A stretch of DNA of 32,000 bases, taken from Vibrio alginolyticus NBRC 15630 = ATCC 17749 (GTDB lineage Bacteria; Pseudomonadota; Gammaproteobacteria; Enterobacterales; Vibrionaceae). Shown here piece after piece: positions 15,864 through 25,157 of the stretch. The stretch is from the NCBI RefSeq assembly GCF_000354175.2, contig NC_022359.1, forward strand, positions 1 to 32,000, given 5' to 3'. A program made the position numbers and the translations under genes. The number at the start of each line of letters is the position of its first letter. Positions within the stretch are counted from its first letter, which is position 1. The notes under the pieces are model-generated. The model saw only the letters and a list, made by a program, of their open reading frames with translations, made no database searches and was not told where the DNA came from.

Positions 15864-17681
15864 CTAGTTGGTTACTGTTACATCCGTCTCTGGCACAGCA
15901 CAACACGCCAATACGATTCCCATTGCACGTTCCTCATCAGTCAACGCGGGCACGTCCGGATGATGTACTTGACCCGACGTAAGCTGAACCTTACACGCGC
16001 CGCATAAGCCAGCACGACAGCTATTACTAACAACCTTCCCTGCATCTTCGAGCTGATCTAACAACGTTTTTTGGTTGTTGCCTACGAATTTAGTTCCATT
16101 AAAGTCAATAGCGAGACTTTTCTCTGGCTTTGACGTAAGAGAAGAAACTCCAAACGCTTCTTGATGGTAGTTTTCCTCTGGCAGCCCTTTTCTTAGTAGA
16201 AGACTTTTTGCTTTATCCATAAAGCCATCCGGGCCACACACAAACACCTGCCGCTGTTCAACATCTTTGATTTGCTTAATGTGTGACAAACTTAAACGCC
16301 CTTTCAAACCAAACCAATCAACAGCAGGTTGCGTTAAACAGACTTTTACTTCTAGCCCTGGGTGCTCACGCTTTAACTGCTCCAACTCTGAGCGACAAGG
16401 AATATCATTCTCGGTGCGACATTGATGGTAGAAAACCACATTATCCAACTGATTGTGATCCGCTAAGTAACGCACCATTGATAACATTGGTGTTACTCCG
16501 CTACCCGCAGAGAGTAACAGCAGAGGCTGCGCTTCATGCGTTTTAAGGTGGAACTGACCGTCAGGTTGTTCTGCCTCTAAAACATCACCGACTTGTAAGT
16601 TGTCTAAGAGTGAGTTAGAGACTCTTCCACCCGCGATACGCTTTACAGAAATAGCATAACGACCCGGGCGAGAAGGACTGGATGATAAGGTATAGCGTCG
16701 ACCCACTTTCTTACCATCAATATTCACCTCTATTGGCAGGTGTTGTCCTGGCAAGTAATTAGGCAACGAACCTTTGTTTGGCTCTAACCATAAGGTCACA
16801 AAGTCTTGGGCAATTTCTTCACGCTCAACACATGTAAGCTTCATGCGCACTGGCGAGTTATCTGCGTAAAACTCCGGCTCTTTGTACTCCAATACTTCAA
16901 CTTTATCGCCTTGACGAATAATGCCTTCATTTCGCGCGACAAGATTCTGGCCAAAGAACACACCACCGACATCGTTTGCACGGAACTGTTGCAAGGTTTT
17001 GAGCGGCTCTTTGCTCTCACGGAATGTGCCTCTTTGGGTATTCACCGTAGTCAGGATACAGCGCTCGCAAGGTTTGAGAGACTCAAACTCTACCTCACCG
17101 ATTCGTATGCGCTTCCATGAATCTTCTTCAAATGGCTTAGTATCAGAGACAACTAAGTTAGTACGAAACTGATCCATTGAGTGTAGCTCTGAACTTCTTC
17201 GGTTCAGCTCATCAAGTGAAGCTTGGCTGATCACTAAAACCGGATAACCATCAGCAAAACTGACGTTTTGACCTAGCTTTTCACGGACACGATTCGATTG
17301 CTCACCACTAAACAACAACTCAACGCGTTGCCCCAACACACGACTAAACCAGTCATCTGCATCATCTGTCGTGGTATAGGCAGTAAATGTATCTTTCCAA
17401 ACTGTTGCAGGTGTCTCCTGCATTTTGAAATCTTGGTAACGGATTTTAAGTGGCTCCATACCCAAACTACTAAACACCACTCCATCGGACAATAAGGCAG
17501 ACTTAATGGTTACCATTTGCGGATACTTTCGCGCAGTGATCATCGAGCCATCAGCTTTCGCAATCATAAAGCGACGATCGAAGCTCAATCCTTGCTTCTC
17601 AACCCATACGGACGACAGCGATAATCCGCCAACTGACTTAACCGGAAAAACATTAATTTGGGATAAAACGGGTTGCGACAT
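15864..17681 (-). CDS. MOSC-domain protein fused to an FNR-type flavin reductase module and a plant-type [2Fe-2S] ferredoxin (YcbX-like)
   Basis: The 605-aa product starts with MOSC_N/MOSC (INVFPVKSVGG...; KPCERCILTTV). The middle holds the FAD motif RRYTLSS and the NAD motif LLLSAGSGVTPM. The C-terminus has CRAGLCGACKV...LACC. Confidence 0.88.
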   Translation of the reverse strand: MSQPVLSQINVFPVKSVGGLSLSSVWVEKQGLSFDRRFMIAKADGSMITARKYPQMVTIKSALLSDGVVFSSLGMEPLKIRYQDFKMQETPATVWKDTFTAYTTTDDADDWFSRVLGQRVELLFSGEQSNRVREKLGQNVSFADGYPVLVISQASLDELNRRSSELHSMDQFRTNLVVSDTKPFEEDSWKRIRIGEVEFESLKPCERCILTTVNTQRGTFRESKEPLKTLQQFRANDVGGVFFGQNLVARNEGIIRQGDKVEVLEYKEPEFYADNSPVRMKLTCVEREEIAQDFVTLWLEPNKGSLPNYLPGQHLPIEVNIDGKKVGRRYTLSSSPSRPGRYAISVKRIAGGRVSNSLLDNLQVGDVLEAEQPDGQFHLKTHEAQPLLLLSAGSGVTPMLSMVRYLADHNQLDNVVFYHQCRTENDIPCRSELEQLKREHPGLEVKVCLTQPAVDWFGLKGRLSLSHIKQIKDVEQRQVFVCGPDGFMDKAKSLLLRKGLPEENYHQEAFGVSSLTSKPEKSLAIDFNGTKFVGNNQKTLLDQLEDAGKVVSNSCRAGLCGACKVQLTSGQVHHPDVPALTDEERAMGIVLACCAVPETDVTVTN

Positions 17682-17948
17682 AGCCTTCTTCCTACGGGTG
17701 TTTTTTATTTGTTGCGGTATTGTATACTCAAATCACATTAAGTTGCAGAGTCTACTGCCTCTTCATCCATTTCAACTTTCTCGAAACCATATTCTTATAA
17801 ATTTGGTTTTAGTGACAAGTATTTACTACACTCAATATTCGCGTTTTTTAACACCGTTCTGACCAAATACCGTTTGATAAAGTGTGATACGACACACATA
17901 ATTCACCCAAGTTATCACTACTCCCATTTATCGATTTGGAGCTTAATT

Positions 17949-18113
17949 ATGGATACAAGAAAACTGGTTCTGATTTTGTTATGTATCTTTCTTCCGCCTG
18001 TCGCGGTGTTTATGGAGAAAGGTCTAAATAAAGACTTTTTGATTAATCTAATATTGACGTGTTTCTTCTTTCTACCAGGTACGATCCACGCGCTTTGGTT
18101 AACAATGAAGTAA
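17949..18113 (+). CDS. Pmp3/YqaE-family small hydrophobic proteolipid (UPF0057)
   Basis: The 54-aa product, counted from the internal ATG with a GGAG SD, reads MDTRKLVLILLCIFLPPVAVFMEKGLNKDFLINLILTCFFFLPGTIHALWLTMK. It contains the family hallmark LPP(V/L)AV...G...F.INl.LT...PG..HA. Confidence 0.8.
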   Translation: MDTRKLVLILLCIFLPPVAVFMEKGLNKDFLINLILTCFFFLPGTIHALWLTMK

Positions 18114-18193
18114 CCACTTACACTCTCACTCTTTATAAAATTGAAAAATGGGATGAAATATGAGGGCAATTCCTCTATCATCCTGTCGCCTAA

Positions 18194-18209
18194 GCGCAAG
18201 CGTTTGCTC
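18194..18209. promoter_or_regulatory. Candidate PurR operator upstream of pyrC
   Basis: GCGCAAGCGTTTGCTC compares with the E. coli pur-box core GCAAACGTTTGC with one core mismatch. It lies about 60 nt upstream of the pyrC ATG. PurR control of pyrC is established in E. coli. Confidence 0.45.
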
Positions 18210-18268
18210 AAAAGCAAATACGGCGCTTAGGCTCCAATCAGACAACTTTTCAATGGTGGGAGCAATTA

Positions 18269-19297
18269 ATGACAACACTGACTATCACTCGTCCTGACGA
18301 CTGGCACGTTCACTTACGCGATGGGGAAGTTCTTAAAGACACCGTTCGCGACATCAGCCGCTACAATGGCCGTGCGCTGATTATGCCAAATACCGTCCCA
18401 CCTGTTACTACAACTGAGCTCGCCCTAGCCTACCGTGACCGAATTCTCAAAGAGCAACATGGCGAACAGTTTGAGCCTTTAATGGCGCTTTACCTTACAG
18501 ATAACACGACACCAGACGAAATACGTAAGGCTAAAGCAACCGGACACATTGTTGCTGCCAAGCTCTATCCTGCTGGCGCCACAACAAACTCAGATTCCGG
18601 TGTGACCAATGCGAAAAACATTTATCACGTTTTAGAAGCAATGGAAGAAGTAGGAATGTTACTTTTGGTTCATGGGGAGGTAACACATCACGATGTTGAT
18701 ATATTCGACCGAGAAAAAGAATTCCTTGATACCGTCCTCGCTCCTATCGTCAATGATTTCCCTAATCTTAAAATCGTACTAGAACATATCACCACCGCCG
18801 ACGCAGCAAACTTCGTTAACAATGCCTCAGACAACGTAGCGGCTACCATCACTGCCCACCACCTTCTTTTCAACCGTAACCACATGCTTGTGGGTGGTAT
18901 TAAACCTCATTTCTACTGTTTGCCAATTCTTAAGCGCGGAACCCACCAGCAAGCGCTGATCGAAGCAGCAACTAGTGGTAGCAAGAAGTTTTTCCTAGGT
19001 ACAGACTCAGCGCCACATGCGAAAGGGGCAAAAGAATCGGCTTGCGGTTGTGCTGGTTCTTACACTGCACACGCTGCGCTAGAGCTTTATGCAGAAGTCT
19101 TCGAAAAAGAAGGCAAGTTGGAAAACTTGGAAGCTTTCGCAAGCTTCAACGGTCCTGATTTTTACTGCATTGCACGTAACACAGATACGGTAACGTTAGA
19201 AAAATCCGCTTGGGATGTGCCAGAAACGATGCCATTTGGCAATGATATCGTTGTGCCTATTCGAGCAAATGAACAGATCGAGTGGAAAGTGAAGTAA
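18269..19297 (+). CDS. pyrC: Dihydroorotase (class II)
   Basis: The 342-aa product has [10 protein letters not shown] metal ligands, the carbamylated-Lys context [13 protein letters not shown], and HGE...LEHITT...GTDSAPH. Confidence 0.93.
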   Translation: MTTLTITRPDDWHVHLRDGEVLKDTVRDISRYNGRALIMPNTVPPVTTTELALAYRDRILKEQHGEQFEPLMALYLTDNTTPDEIRKAKATGHIVAAKLYPAGATTNSDSGVTNAKNIYHVLEAMEEVGMLLLVHGEVTHHDVDIFDREKEFLDTVLAPIVNDFPNLKIVLEHITTADAANFVNNASDNVAATITAHHLLFNRNHMLVGGIKPHFYCLPILKRGTHQQALIEAATSGSKKFFLGTDSAPHAKGAKESACGCAGSYTAHAALELYAEVFEKEGKLENLEAFASFNGPDFYCIARNTDTVTLEKSAWDVPETMPFGNDIVVPIRANEQIEWKVK

Positions 19298-19325
19298 GTA
19301 CTTTACTGACATTTCACCTATAAAA

Positions 19326-19366
19326 CAGGGTCATGCTTTTTGTAAAAAGAAGTCATGACCCTTGTT
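19326..19366. terminator. Bidirectional terminator hairpin
   Basis: AGGGTCATG (19327-19335) pairs with CATGACCCT (19354-19362). An inner CTTTTT/AAAAAG pairing lies within. The hairpin sits between convergent pyrC and the DUF808 gene. Confidence 0.65.
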
Positions 19367-19392
19367 ATTATCGTCTCATGTTTTAGATGTGA

Positions 19393-20298
19393 TTATTGAC
19401 CACGAAGCTTTTCAACCATCGTCCATACCGCAACCACAACCAACCCCGCCACAAAGCCGATAATACCGTTCAGTAAAATAGGCAAAATGGCTGTAGCAAC
19501 CGAATGACCACTAAAGTTCATAATAATCGGCTCTACAAAGTGATGAATGGCTGGCACGTTGTGCACCACAATTCCTCCACCCACCAAAAACATCGCAGCA
19601 GTTCCTACAATGGTTAACAACTTCATCAACTTTGGTGCAAAAGCGACCAAGGCCCCTCCGACTTTCGCTACCCAACCTTTACCGTTTGAGCGACTTTCAA
19701 GGTAAAGGCCTAAATCATCTAGCTTCACAATCCCAGCGACTAGTCCATAAACTCCAACCGTCATAATCACTGCAATTAAACTGACAACTAAAATTTGCGT
19801 AACAAGACTGGCTCCTGTCACGGTACCTAACGCAATCACGATGATCTCTGCTGAAAGGATAAAGTCTGTTCGAATCGCACCAGAAACTTTACGCTTTTCA
19901 TACTCTTCTATCGACTCTCCAGTATTAACTAGCTCCTCTTTTTCTTCGTGCGGATGCGAGTGAGGAAACACTTTCTCAAGTACTTTCTCTGCCCCTTCAA
20001 AGCAGAGAAATAAGCCGCCAATTAGCAATAATGGCATAATAAGCCATGGAATAATCGCGCTAATAAGTAAAGCTGAAGGAACTAAAATCAATTTATTTTT
20101 GAATGAGCCTTTTGCAACCGCCCAAACCACTGGAATCTCTCGCTCAGATGCAACACCAGACACTTGTTGAGCGTTTAACGCTAGATCATCTCCCAATACA
20201 CCTGCGGTTTTCTTTGCCGCCATTTTTGACATTAAGGCGACATCATCAAGCACCGTGGCAATATCGTCCAACAGTGTGAGTAAACTTGCTCCAGCCAT
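19393..20298 (-). CDS. DUF808 (YedI-like) inner-membrane protein
   Basis: The 301-aa product is counted from [46 protein letters not shown], the characteristic YedI N-terminus. Several TM helices follow. The longer ORF start (20361) adds a non-conserved-looking 21 aa. Confidence 0.78.
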   Translation of the reverse strand: MAGASLLTLLDDIATVLDDVALMSKMAAKKTAGVLGDDLALNAQQVSGVASEREIPVVWAVAKGSFKNKLILVPSALLISAIIPWLIMPLLLIGGLFLCFEGAEKVLEKVFPHSHPHEEKEELVNTGESIEEYEKRKVSGAIRTDFILSAEIIVIALGTVTGASLVTQILVVSLIAVIMTVGVYGLVAGIVKLDDLGLYLESRSNGKGWVAKVGGALVAFAPKLMKLLTIVGTAAMFLVGGGIVVHNVPAIHHFVEPIIMNFSGHSVATAILPILLNGIIGFVAGLVVVAVWTMVEKLRGQ

Positions 20299-20470
20299 TT
20301 TTTGTCTCTTATATGAAATTGAGTAAGTAACAAAATGTAACACCAATGAATCACTCATCAAAGTGATGATTTTGCAAAGAATACCACCCCAAATGGTGTT
20401 TTATATTGCCGTAAAGATAAGACAGGTCTAGTCTTGTGATACCTTTCAGCAGTCAAAAGAAAAAGTATAG

Positions 20471-21391
20471 ATGAAAAGTGGATACATTTACCCGATCGGT
20501 ACTCCTGGCCAACCTTGGAACGAAGAAGAACGTAAAGCTTGGTTAGCAACGCAAGAAGTAAAACGTAGCTACCAAGATGAAGTCGTCAGTAAAATCGATG
20601 CCCTACGCGAGCGTTTTGATGTTGAACAATATGGTGCGCTCTCATACAACGAGGCACGCTTCCCTCTGTTTTGTATCAAAACACGCAATTGGGATTCAAC
20701 TAAACCTGCTGTGTTGGTCACAGGCGGCGTGCACGGTTACGAAACCAGCGGTGTACATGGCGCATTAAAGTTTGTAGAAACAGAAGCAGAGCGCTATGCA
20801 GAGCATTTCAATATTGTCGTTGCACCCTGCGTAAGCCCTTGGGGTTACGAGGTGATCAACCGCTGGAATCCAAACGCGATTGATCCAAACCGCTCTTTCT
20901 ATAAGGATAGCCCTGCCGAAGAGTCCGCTAACCTCATGAAGCTCGTTGCAACTTTAGGCGATGTGTTAATGCACATTGATCTACATGAAACGACAGATTC
21001 TGACGAAACTGAGTTCCGTCCAGCCTTAGCTGCTCGTGATGGTATTGAGTACATTGAAGGTATGATCCCAGATGGCTTTTACACGGTGGGAGATAGTGAA
21101 AACCCTCAGCCTGACTTCCAAAAAGCGGTCATTGAGTCAGTTGCAAAAGTGACTCACATTGCACCAGCAGATGAAAACGGCGAAATCATCGGTTCACCCG
21201 TCGTACAGTTTGGCGTTATCAACTACCCAATGGTAAAACTGGGCCTGTGTGGCGGCGTAACAAATTGCGTTTACGGCACGACAACGGAAGTGTACCCAGA
21301 CAGCCCAACGGTGACCGACGAAGAATGTAACGATGCACAGGTTGCAGCCGTGGTGGGTGGTTTGAATTACGTACTAAGTAAGCTCGAATAA
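20471..21391 (+). CDS. M14-family zinc carboxypeptidase-like protein
   Basis: The 306-aa product has the Zn ligands HGYE (HxxE) and IDLHET, and the substrate-binding NPNR-type motif DPNRSF. Confidence 0.78.
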   Translation: MKSGYIYPIGTPGQPWNEEERKAWLATQEVKRSYQDEVVSKIDALRERFDVEQYGALSYNEARFPLFCIKTRNWDSTKPAVLVTGGVHGYETSGVHGALKFVETEAERYAEHFNIVVAPCVSPWGYEVINRWNPNAIDPNRSFYKDSPAEESANLMKLVATLGDVLMHIDLHETTDSDETEFRPALAARDGIEYIEGMIPDGFYTVGDSENPQPDFQKAVIESVAKVTHIAPADENGEIIGSPVVQFGVINYPMVKLGLCGGVTNCVYGTTTEVYPDSPTVTDEECNDAQVAAVVGGLNYVLSKLE

Positions 21392-21824
21392 CACAGGTTA
21401 ACAATAAAGCAACTGACGATGTCTTTGAATTGTGAATCAGCTTTACTTTGCTCCAAAAGCAAGTTGAGACATTAATCCGCTAGTTTATTAGAAATTACCG
21501 CATTAACATCGCTAACACTGAAGATGCGAAGCATCACGACTTTATGACGCTATTTTAATGCGGTATCTAATAAATCCTAAAATACAAACGACATCTAGAC
21601 ATCATCGTCACTACTAACTCCTCTTCCTGAACAAACTATCGTCATACCATTTAAATCAAACCTCAACCAACGAGCTTCTGAAGCGAAAAACATCCTTAAA
21701 CAATAAGAAAGCTTAATGCTCTTTGGCTTTATTTTTTAATCACTTACCCAAAAGCACATGCATTAGCCATTGCCTTGTTTTTTATACGCGATTGATCTTT
21801 TTAGAGAAACATATATGAACCTCA

Positions 21825-21866
21825 TTGCTTAACCGAAAAAACAAAGATATAATGAAAATAATTATC
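21825..21866 (+). promoter_or_regulatory. Near-consensus sigma70 promoter overlapped by a strong Fur box
   Basis: TTGCTT (21825-21830), 17 nt of spacer, then TATAAT (21848-21853). The 19-mer 21848-21866, TATAATGAAAATAATTATC, matches GATAATGATAATCATTATC at 16/19 by my hand count. Confidence 0.55.
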
Positions 21867-22066
21867 ATTTGCATTTTAAATCGAGAACCTCTTTCTCTTT
21901 GCATTGAAAGCGGCACTTTTCTTTTGCTAGTTAATCCAGTTTTAAAGCCAAATCAGCACGTTGAATTTTTAGGTATGGCCTAGTGATACTTTGAGGGCTG
22001 GATTGTGACCTTAATGTTTATAAAAAATAACTTGGTTATGTTTTGTTGGAATTTAGAACCTATATG

Positions 22067-22086
22067 CGAATAGATATTCATTATTC
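22067..22086. promoter_or_regulatory. Weaker Fur-like half-site
   Basis: GATATTCATTATT (22073-22085) matches the right 13 nt of the Fur consensus at 11/13. The left half is poor. It lies about 60-80 nt upstream of the permease ATG. Confidence 0.3.
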
Positions 22087-22095
22087 GTATTCCAT

Positions 22096-22136
22096 CCCCA
22101 AGTCATAAGTTTAGAGAAACTCATTTTATTTTGGGG
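22096..22136 (+). promoter_or_regulatory. Leader hairpin whose 3' arm contains the candidate SD of the first permease gene
   Basis: CCCCAA (22096-22101) pairs with TTGGGG (22131-22136). An inner stem pairs AAGTT (22108-22112) with AACTT (22117-22121). GGGG at 22133-22136 is the only purine-rich element within 15 nt of the ATG at 22147. Confidence 0.35.
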
Positions 22137-22146
22137 CAGATTCTGT

Positions 22147-23091
22147 ATGAGTATTCACGTAGTAAGCCTGTTTTTTATACTGTGCTTAACTTCAATTTTC
22201 GTCGGCGCAAACCAACTAGATTGGTCGTTATTGCTGACCATGGATGACAAAGCTTGGCTACCGATTACTGCTAGCAGATTACCAAGGCTAATCGCACTAA
22301 TTCTTACCGGATCTGGTCTCGCAATATGTGGTGTTATTCTTCAACATATTGTTAGAAATCGTTTTGTTGAGCCGGGCACCACAGGCGGTATCGATGCGGC
22401 AAAGCTCGGTATTTTGGTATCTATCGTCATGCTTCCATCCTCAGACAAGCTTGAACGTATGCTCTTCGCCGTACTATTTTGCTTCGCCGCTGGCCTTATC
22501 TACATTGCCATCGTACGAAAAATTAAATTCAGTAACTCTGCGTTAATACCTGTGATTGGGCTTATGTTTGGTAGTGTACTAAGTGCTATAGCGGAGTTTT
22601 ATGCTTATCAAAACAACATCTTACAGAGTATGTCCGGTTGGTTAATGGGAGATTTCTCCAAAGTGGTCCAAGAACACTATGAAATAATTTTCTTGATTTT
22701 ACCCATCACCCTACTGACTTACTTATATGCACATAAGTTTACTGTGATGGGAATGGGCGAAGATGTTGCGTCCAACTTAGGAATTAATATTGCGTTCACT
22801 GCCGCCTTGGGTCTAATGCTAGTTTCCGTGACAGTTGCTATAACAGTGGTGACCGTAGGTGCCATTCATTTTATCGGTTTAGTCATACCTAACCTAGTCG
22901 CACTAAAATATGGCGATCACCTTAAAAACACCCTACCAATCGTTGCACTAGGCGGCGCTTCGTTACTTATTTTTTGCGATGTCATAGGCAGAGTTGTTGC
23001 CTTTCCTTTTGAAGTCCCAATGGGATTAACAGCCAGTGCTATCGGGGGAGTCATGTTTCTTGTGTTTCTTTTGAAAGGAGCACGAGTATGA
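22147..23091 (+). CDS. Iron-siderophore ABC importer permease (FecCD family; FatD/CeuB/YclN-like)
   Basis: The 314-aa polytopic protein has the FecCD motifs [36 protein letters not shown]. Confidence 0.85.
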   Translation: MSIHVVSLFFILCLTSIFVGANQLDWSLLLTMDDKAWLPITASRLPRLIALILTGSGLAICGVILQHIVRNRFVEPGTTGGIDAAKLGILVSIVMLPSSDKLERMLFAVLFCFAAGLIYIAIVRKIKFSNSALIPVIGLMFGSVLSAIAEFYAYQNNILQSMSGWLMGDFSKVVQEHYEIIFLILPITLLTYLYAHKFTVMGMGEDVASNLGINIAFTAALGLMLVSVTVAITVVTVGAIHFIGLVIPNLVALKYGDHLKNTLPIVALGGASLLIFCDVIGRVVAFPFEVPMGLTASAIGGVMFLVFLLKGARV

Positions 23092-24041
23092 GATCACATT
23101 ACTCAAACATGCTAGTGAGCATTATACTCGTTTGCATACTGTCTATCGCCTTTATCTTTACAAACTCTGGGTGGGATTTTGATTACGTCATCCCCAAGAG
23201 GCTGATTAAACTTGGTGCCATAGTTATTGGGGGCAGCTGCGTGGCCATCTCTGCTGTTATTTTCCAAGCTTTAGCTGGTAATCGTATTCTTACGCCATCC
23301 ATTATGGGATATGAGTCGGTTTATCTGGTTTGGCAAACCCTACTCTTATTACTAGCGGGCACTTCTGGCATTGCTACATTAGGCGTTGTCGGTAATTTCG
23401 CTGTCTCTGCAATACTCATTCTGTTGTATTCCTTAGCGATTCAATCTTGGGTACTCAATAGATTTAAACATGACATGCACCAAGTTCTGCTGATTGGCTT
23501 TGTATTGACAATGGTGCTGACAACTCTTGCTCAATTTATCCAGCTCAGAATAAGCCCTGGAGAATTCTCTATCCTTCAAGGGCTCAGCTATACCTCGTTT
23601 GAGCGAGCGAAACCTTCTACGTTACTTTTTTCCAGTATTGCGTTAAGTGTTTTGGCACTCTTTGCTAACAGATGGTCACGCGAGCTAGATGTGATAGGTC
23701 TAGGTCGAGACCAAGCGATGTCATTAGGACTAAATGATAAGCAATATGTACCAAAGTTCTTTGCTGTAATCGCCATTTTGGTAGCAATTTCGACGAGCTT
23801 GATTGGCCCAACGGCTTTTATGGGAATTTTTATTGCCAATATTGCTTATTCCGTTACTAGCGCACCGAACTACAGACACACATTGCTCGTTGCTTGTGCT
23901 ATTGCAATTGTCATGTTCTTGTCTGGTCAACTTCTGGTAGAGCACTTATTTAACTTTAAAACCACCGTCTCTATTTTGGTGAATGTCCTTTGTGGGGGAT
24001 ATTTCCTAGCCATCACGATAAGAGCAAGAAGCCAAATATGA
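23088..24041 (+). CDS. Iron-siderophore ABC importer permease (FecCD family; FatC/CeuC/YclO-like)
   Basis: The 317-aa polytopic protein has an AAAGGAG SD. It overlaps the upstream permease in an ATGA motif. Confidence 0.85.
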   Translation: MRSHYSNMLVSIILVCILSIAFIFTNSGWDFDYVIPKRLIKLGAIVIGGSCVAISAVIFQALAGNRILTPSIMGYESVYLVWQTLLLLLAGTSGIATLGVVGNFAVSAILILLYSLAIQSWVLNRFKHDMHQVLLIGFVLTMVLTTLAQFIQLRISPGEFSILQGLSYTSFERAKPSTLLFSSIALSVLALFANRWSRELDVIGLGRDQAMSLGLNDKQYVPKFFAVIAILVAISTSLIGPTAFMGIFIANIAYSVTSAPNYRHTLLVACAIAIVMFLSGQLLVEHLFNFKTTVSILVNVLCGGYFLAITIRARSQI

Positions 24042-24094
24042 AAACTGTTACTCGCCTGTTTAAAGACAACTCACTGACAAAAAGGAAATACCCC

Positions 24095-25063
24095 ATGTTT
24101 AAGAGCCCCCTACGTTTGAGTATCGCGCTTGCTTGCTGCGCTCTAGGAACCTTATCAGGTTGCGAGCCGGAAATAACTAAAATTGAAGATACTCAGCCAT
24201 TAGAAAAGCTCATCGTGATTGAACACAATCTCGGAGCAACTACTATTTCTCATCGCCCTCAACGAGTGGCAGCATTAGATATGAACGAAGTGGACTTTTT
24301 AGATCAGCTAAATGTTCCAATCTCAGGAATGGTGAAAGACTTTGTTCCTCACTTTCTAGCGAAATACAAAGACACACCTGAGATAGCGGATCTTGGCGCG
24401 ATAGTTCAGCCTAATATGGAAAAGATCTATGCCCTAAAACCAGATCTCGTATTGATGACTCCGCTACATGCTAATCAGTATGAAGAACTCTCTCAACTCG
24501 CTCCGACTTTACATTTTGACATCAGCTACCGTAATAGTCGTGACCATCACGTCGATACCATTAAGAAACACCTTGTAGAGCTTGGTGAGATCTTTGAAAA
24601 GCAGGAGCTAGCCCAACAGAAAGTTGCCGAAATCGATGCAAAAGTCGCAGAAGTGCGCGCTGTTACGAAAGAGCGTTCAGAAAAAGCTTTGGTTGTCATG
24701 CATAACAATGGTGCTTTCAGCTCATTTGGCGTTGAGTCTCGTTATGGCTTCGTTTTCGATGTTCTGGGGGTAAAAGCAGCGAGTGAAAAAGTGGAGACAG
24801 GTTTGCATGGTCAGCCAATTTCTAGCGAGTTCATTAGCCAAGCTGATCCAGACATTCTTTACATCATTGATCGAACAGCAGTAATGGAAGGAAAGCCTGT
24901 CATTGATGCGGAACACTTAGCAAACCCGCTACTCCGTCAAACCAAAGCATGGAAAAACGACAACGTCGTTTTTGTTGATGCCGATGCTTGGTACATCACT
25001 TCAGCAAGCATCACATCTCTGAAAATCATAATTGATGACATCCTAAAAGGTTACCAAAGCTAA
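24095..25063 (+). CDS. Siderophore-binding periplasmic lipoprotein (FatB/CeuE/YclQ family)
   Basis: The start is at MFKSPLRLSIALACCALGTLSGC (lipobox LSGC) with an AAGGAA SD. The body is a class-III PBP (RVAALDMNEVDFLDQL...; PDILYIIDR). Alternative ATGs at 23990 and 24038 are less well supported. Confidence 0.8.
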   Translation: MFKSPLRLSIALACCALGTLSGCEPEITKIEDTQPLEKLIVIEHNLGATTISHRPQRVAALDMNEVDFLDQLNVPISGMVKDFVPHFLAKYKDTPEIADLGAIVQPNMEKIYALKPDLVLMTPLHANQYEELSQLAPTLHFDISYRNSRDHHVDTIKKHLVELGEIFEKQELAQQKVAEIDAKVAEVRAVTKERSEKALVVMHNNGAFSSFGVESRYGFVFDVLGVKAASEKVETGLHGQPISSEFISQADPDILYIIDRTAVMEGKPVIDAEHLANPLLRQTKAWKNDNVVFVDADAWYITSASITSLKIIIDDILKGYQS

Positions 25064-25157
25064 ATCTAATAACAATGAGTTGGATCTTAAGTAATTCAAC
25101 ACTCAACCGACGTCAGAACGGATGTGAGCTAGCCCAAACAAAGAAAAGGAATCTATA

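Noticed and set aside
17506-17862. A 118-aa plus-strand ORF overlapping the 5' end of the MOSC gene and the intergenic region.
   Set aside because: It is antisense to a strongly supported CDS and runs on into AT-rich promoter DNA. It has no SD or motif.
20358-20549. A 63-aa minus-strand ORF, and the 21-aa N-terminal extension of the DUF808 gene (start at 20361).
   Set aside because: The ORF overlaps the start of the M14 gene. The DUF808 family N-terminus ([14 protein letters not shown]...) begins at 20298.
22005-22073. A 22-codon GTG ORF with a GAGGG SD in the transporter leader, considered as a stand-alone small protein gene.
   Set aside because: It is too short and unsupported to annotate as a CDS. 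It is kept only as a possible leader-peptide element in the leader finding.
23990-24094. Upstream starts for the binding-protein gene: 23990, and 24038, which overlaps the permease stop in ATGA.
   Set aside because: They would put 17-35 extra polar residues before the lipoprotein signal peptide. The ATG at 24095 has a good AAGGAA SD and gives a canonical n-h-lipobox signal. The 24038 start remains possible.
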